A stretch of DNA of 61,454 nucleotides from positions 1 through 61,454 of the forward strand of contig JBLIRP010000009.1 in assembly GCA_049472355.1 (NCBI GenBank), given 5' to 3'. The position numbers and the translations under genes were made by a program. Positions within the stretch are counted from its first letter, which is position 1, and each line of letters starts with the position of its first letter. This document shows, piece after piece, positions 58,557 through 61,454 of this stretch. The notes beneath the pieces are model-generated. The model ran no database searches and was not told where the DNA came from. It was given only the letters and a program-made list of their open reading frames with translations. The stretch comes from a bacterium. GTDB lineage: Bacteria > SZUA-182 > DTGQ01 > JAFGSM01.

Positions 58557-60962
58557 ATGGGACAAGCTCTTATCATAGTCGAGTCTCCTACCAAGGCAAA
58601 GACATTAAAGAAAATTCTCGGCTCCCGGTATCTTATCAAGGCATCCGTGGGCCACATCAAGGATTTGCCGAAGAACAGGCTGGGTGTTGACATCCCAAAA
58701 GGGTTTCACCCGGAATACATCACCATACGGGGCAAGGCCAAGATCCTCAGCGAGATCAAGAATACCGCCCGCAGTGCCGAGAAGGTCCTCCTCGCCCCGG
58801 ACCCCGACCGGGAGGGTGAGGCGATCGGGTGGCATATTGCCAATGAACTGGATGTCCCCAAGGACAGGATCTACAGGGTCATGTTCAACGAGTTTACCAA
58901 GATGGGGATTCAAAAGGGGCTGGAAAGCCCCCAGCGGATCGACCTCAACAAGGTGAATGCGCAGCAGGCCAGACGGATACTGGATCGTCTGGTGGGGTAT
59001 CAGATCAGCCCCATACTCTGGGAAAAGGTGAAGTGGGGGCTGAGCGCGGGAAGGGTCCAGTCGGTGGCGGTACGCCTCATCTGTGAAAGGGAGAGGGAGA
59101 TAACCGCCTTTGTGCCTGAGGAATACTGGAGCATTGATGCCCTTCTTGAGGGGGACACCCCGCCGCCGTTTTCTGCAAAGGTTCATCAACACAAGGGGAA
59201 GAAGCTTTCCATACCGGACAAGGATCATGCGGATACGATCCTGAAGGTGCTGAGGGAGGCAACCTATAGCGTTAAAAAGGTTGTCACCCGAGAGCAGCGG
59301 AAGCATCCCCTCCCCCCCTTTATCACCAGCACCCTCCAGCAGGAGGCCTCACGCGCGTTTCGATTCTCCGCCAAAAAGACCATGTCCATTGCCCAGGGGC
59401 TCTATGAAGGCAAGGACATCGGGGCCGAGGGAAGCGTGGGCCTCATCACCTACATGAGGACGGACTCGACCAGGCTCGCCCACGAGGCGGTGGAAGAGGC
59501 CAGACGGCTTATCAGGGAAGGGTTCGGAGACGACTACTGCCCGTCGAAATCCATTGCATACAAGAGCAGAAAGGGCGCGCAGGAGGCACATGAGGCGATT
59601 CGCCCCACCTCCGCGGCGAGAGACCCTGAATCCGTGCGCCAGTATCTGGGAGCCGACGAATACGCCCTTTATTCATTGATATGGCGACGCTTCATTGCCT
59701 GTCAGATGTCCGACGCCGTTTTCGATGTTACCACCGTCGATGTGCAGGCAGGGGATTACACCCTGCGGGCATCCGGATCAACCATGAAATTTGACGGCTT
59801 CCTGAAGCTTTTTCCTCAGAAAACGAAGGGATCTTCGCAGAACGGAGAGGAAGGCCGGGAACGGGAGGACATGAATCCCCTCCCTTCCCTTAAGGAAGGA
59901 GAGCGCCTTTCGCTCAAGGAGCTTACCCCCAAGCAGCACTTCACCCAGCCGCCTCCCCGATACACCGAGGCGACCCTGATCAAGGAGATGGAGGAGAAGG
60001 GGATAGGGCGGCCGAGCACCTATGCCACCATCCTTGGCACCATCCTCAACCGGGAATATGTGGTGGGCAAGGATCGACAGCTCCATCCGACCGAGCTCGG
60101 GTTTATCATCACCGATCTTCTGGTGGAGAATTTCCCTGAGATTCTCAATGTCAAGTTCACCGCTTTGATGGAGGATCGCCTGGATCAGATAGAGGATGGG
60201 AGGGAGGACTGGGTCAAGATCCTCGATGCCTTTTATGATGCCTTCCACCAAGCCCTCGACAAGGCGAAACATGAGATGAAGGATGTAAAACACGAAGGAA
60301 TCAAAACCGACCTCACCTGTGAATCGTGCGGATCACCCATGGTGATCCGATGGGGACGCAACGGGCAGTTTCTGTCCTGTTCGCGATATCCCGCATGCAA
60401 AACCACAAAGGAATTCAAGAGAACCGAGAACGGCGAGATCTCCATCGTCGAACCCGAGCCCGCCTCCAGGAAGTGCGAAAAATGCGGCCGGGATATGGTG
60501 GTCAAGCACGGCCGCTATGGCGCCTTTCTCGGGTGCAGCGGATATCCGGAATGCAAGAATATCGTCTCCCTCAACAAGTCGGGCACAGGCGCACAGGAGG
60601 CCGAGCCCACCGAGGAAAAATGTGAAAAGTGCGGCAGCCCCATGGTCATAAAGAACGGCAGGTATGGCCGATTTATGTCCTGTTCGAATTATCCGAAATG
60701 CAAATTCGTCAAACCCTTGGGTATCGGCGTCCCCTGCCCCAGGGAGGGATGCCAAGGGGAATTGGTGGAACGACGTTCCAAGCATGGTCGGGTCTTTTAC
60801 AGTTGCAGCACATATCCCGAGTGCGATTTTGCCTGCTGGGAGAAACCGATACCGGTTGCCTGCCCCAAGTGTGGATACCCGATTATGCTCGAGACAAACG
60901 GAAAAAGACCCAAGAAAAAATGTGGCCGCAAGGAATGTGATTACACCGAGGAACTGGAATGA
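58557..60962 (+). CDS. topA: DNA topoisomerase I
   Basis: IVESPTKA, DPDREGEAI, SAGRVQS, ITYMRTDS, AQEAHEAIRP, GIGRPSTY and C-terminal zinc ribbons. Confidence 0.97.
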   Translation: MGQALIIVESPTKAKTLKKILGSRYLIKASVGHIKDLPKNRLGVDIPKGFHPEYITIRGKAKILSEIKNTARSAEKVLLAPDPDREGEAIGWHIANELDVPKDRIYRVMFNEFTKMGIQKGLESPQRIDLNKVNAQQARRILDRLVGYQISPILWEKVKWGLSAGRVQSVAVRLICEREREITAFVPEEYWSIDALLEGDTPPPFSAKVHQHKGKKLSIPDKDHADTILKVLREATYSVKKVVTREQRKHPLPPFITSTLQQEASRAFRFSAKKTMSIAQGLYEGKDIGAEGSVGLITYMRTDSTRLAHEAVEEARRLIREGFGDDYCPSKSIAYKSRKGAQEAHEAIRPTSAARDPESVRQYLGADEYALYSLIWRRFIACQMSDAVFDVTTVDVQAGDYTLRASGSTMKFDGFLKLFPQKTKGSSQNGEEGREREDMNPLPSLKEGERLSLKELTPKQHFTQPPPRYTEATLIKEMEEKGIGRPSTYATILGTILNREYVVGKDRQLHPTELGFIITDLLVENFPEILNVKFTALMEDRLDQIEDGREDWVKILDAFYDAFHQALDKAKHEMKDVKHEGIKTDLTCESCGSPMVIRWGRNGQFLSCSRYPACKTTKEFKRTENGEISIVEPEPASRKCEKCGRDMVVKHGRYGAFLGCSGYPECKNIVSLNKSGTGAQEAEPTEEKCEKCGSPMVIKNGRYGRFMSCSNYPKCKFVKPLGIGVPCPREGCQGELVERRSKHGRVFYSCSTYPECDFACWEKPIPVACPKCGYPIMLETNGKRPKKKCGRKECDYTEELE

Positions 60963-61325
60963 GCAGGGCATGGGGCGACATGACGGTGTATAGTAAAATA
61001 TACAATCTATTCTATTGTTTTTTAATGGAATTTCAGCATTTATCCCTCCCGGCCAGGGGAGTAAGGTCGAAACTACACAGAAACAGGACGGTGATCGGCC
61101 GTGGCTCGGCATCGATGCGAGGTTTTATTGATAGTAAAATCAATTAGTTATAATGAAAACTCATTGTCAGGGAGTCATGTGGTATGGGGATTGCTTTATA
61201 AAAATAGCTTTATTGGTTTATTTGTGTCACGCAGGGCGTCGAAGCCGCCTGTATAAGGGCATAACCGTAGGGGATACAAAGGAAAAAGGGGAAGGATAGG
61301 GATTCCTAACAGCAAAGGAAAAGCA

Positions 61326-61454
61326 ATGAACGTGTACCAACAAACGATTAAAACGGACATAGGATGTTCGGGCATCGGCCTGCACAGCGGGAAAAAGGTC
61401 AGAATGAACCTGAAACCGGCCCCGGCTGATACCGGCATCATATTCAAACGGGTC
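61326..61454 (+). CDS. lpxC: UDP-3-O-acyl-N-acetylglucosamine deacetylase, N-terminal fragment (runs off window)
   Basis: [43 protein letters not shown] matches the LpxC N-terminus; not in the ORF track. Confidence 0.88.
   Translation, partial: MNVYQQTIKTDIGCSGIGLHSGKKVRMNLKPAPADTGIIFKRV

Noticed and set aside
61128..61154. Promoter for lpxC (TTGATA...TATAAT)
   Set aside because: Spacer is only 15 nt in an AT-rich stretch; not reliable enough to list.

Overview
Bacterial chromosomal window from an anaerobic, GC-rich diderm. It has lpxC and an outer-membrane barrel, and its ispE-spoVG-tRNA-Gln-prs-rplY-pth order resembles deltaproteobacteria; this taxonomy is inferred only. 1-30 kb: an energy and carbon-fixation region. 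It holds the end of a group 3c-like [NiFe]-hydrogenase operon, then an IclR-headed Wood-Ljungdahl cluster (cooC-folE-gcvH-metVF-cooC-acsEDC, acsAB, and fhs on the opposite strand). Two HydABC/NuoEFG-type flavoenzyme modules are embedded in it: a StnABC-like transhydrogenase, and a selenocysteine formate dehydrogenase whose NuoF-like subunit is fused to a GltD-like NADP(H) module. 30.6-40.2 kb: an accessory cassette of ECF sigma factor, soluble zinc-finger anti-sigma, membrane-anchored CHAT (caspase-like) protease with a CsgG-like periplasmic domain, TPR/Ig/CsgG-like lipoprotein, FadL/PorV-like barrel and a secreted Gly/Leu/Met-repeat protein. This is the best candidate for an undescribed system: CRISPR-independent, protease-triggered trans-envelope signalling. 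40-61 kb: mostly housekeeping genes plus a dispersed REP/MITE-like repeat family. All calls come from motif reading only; no database search was run.
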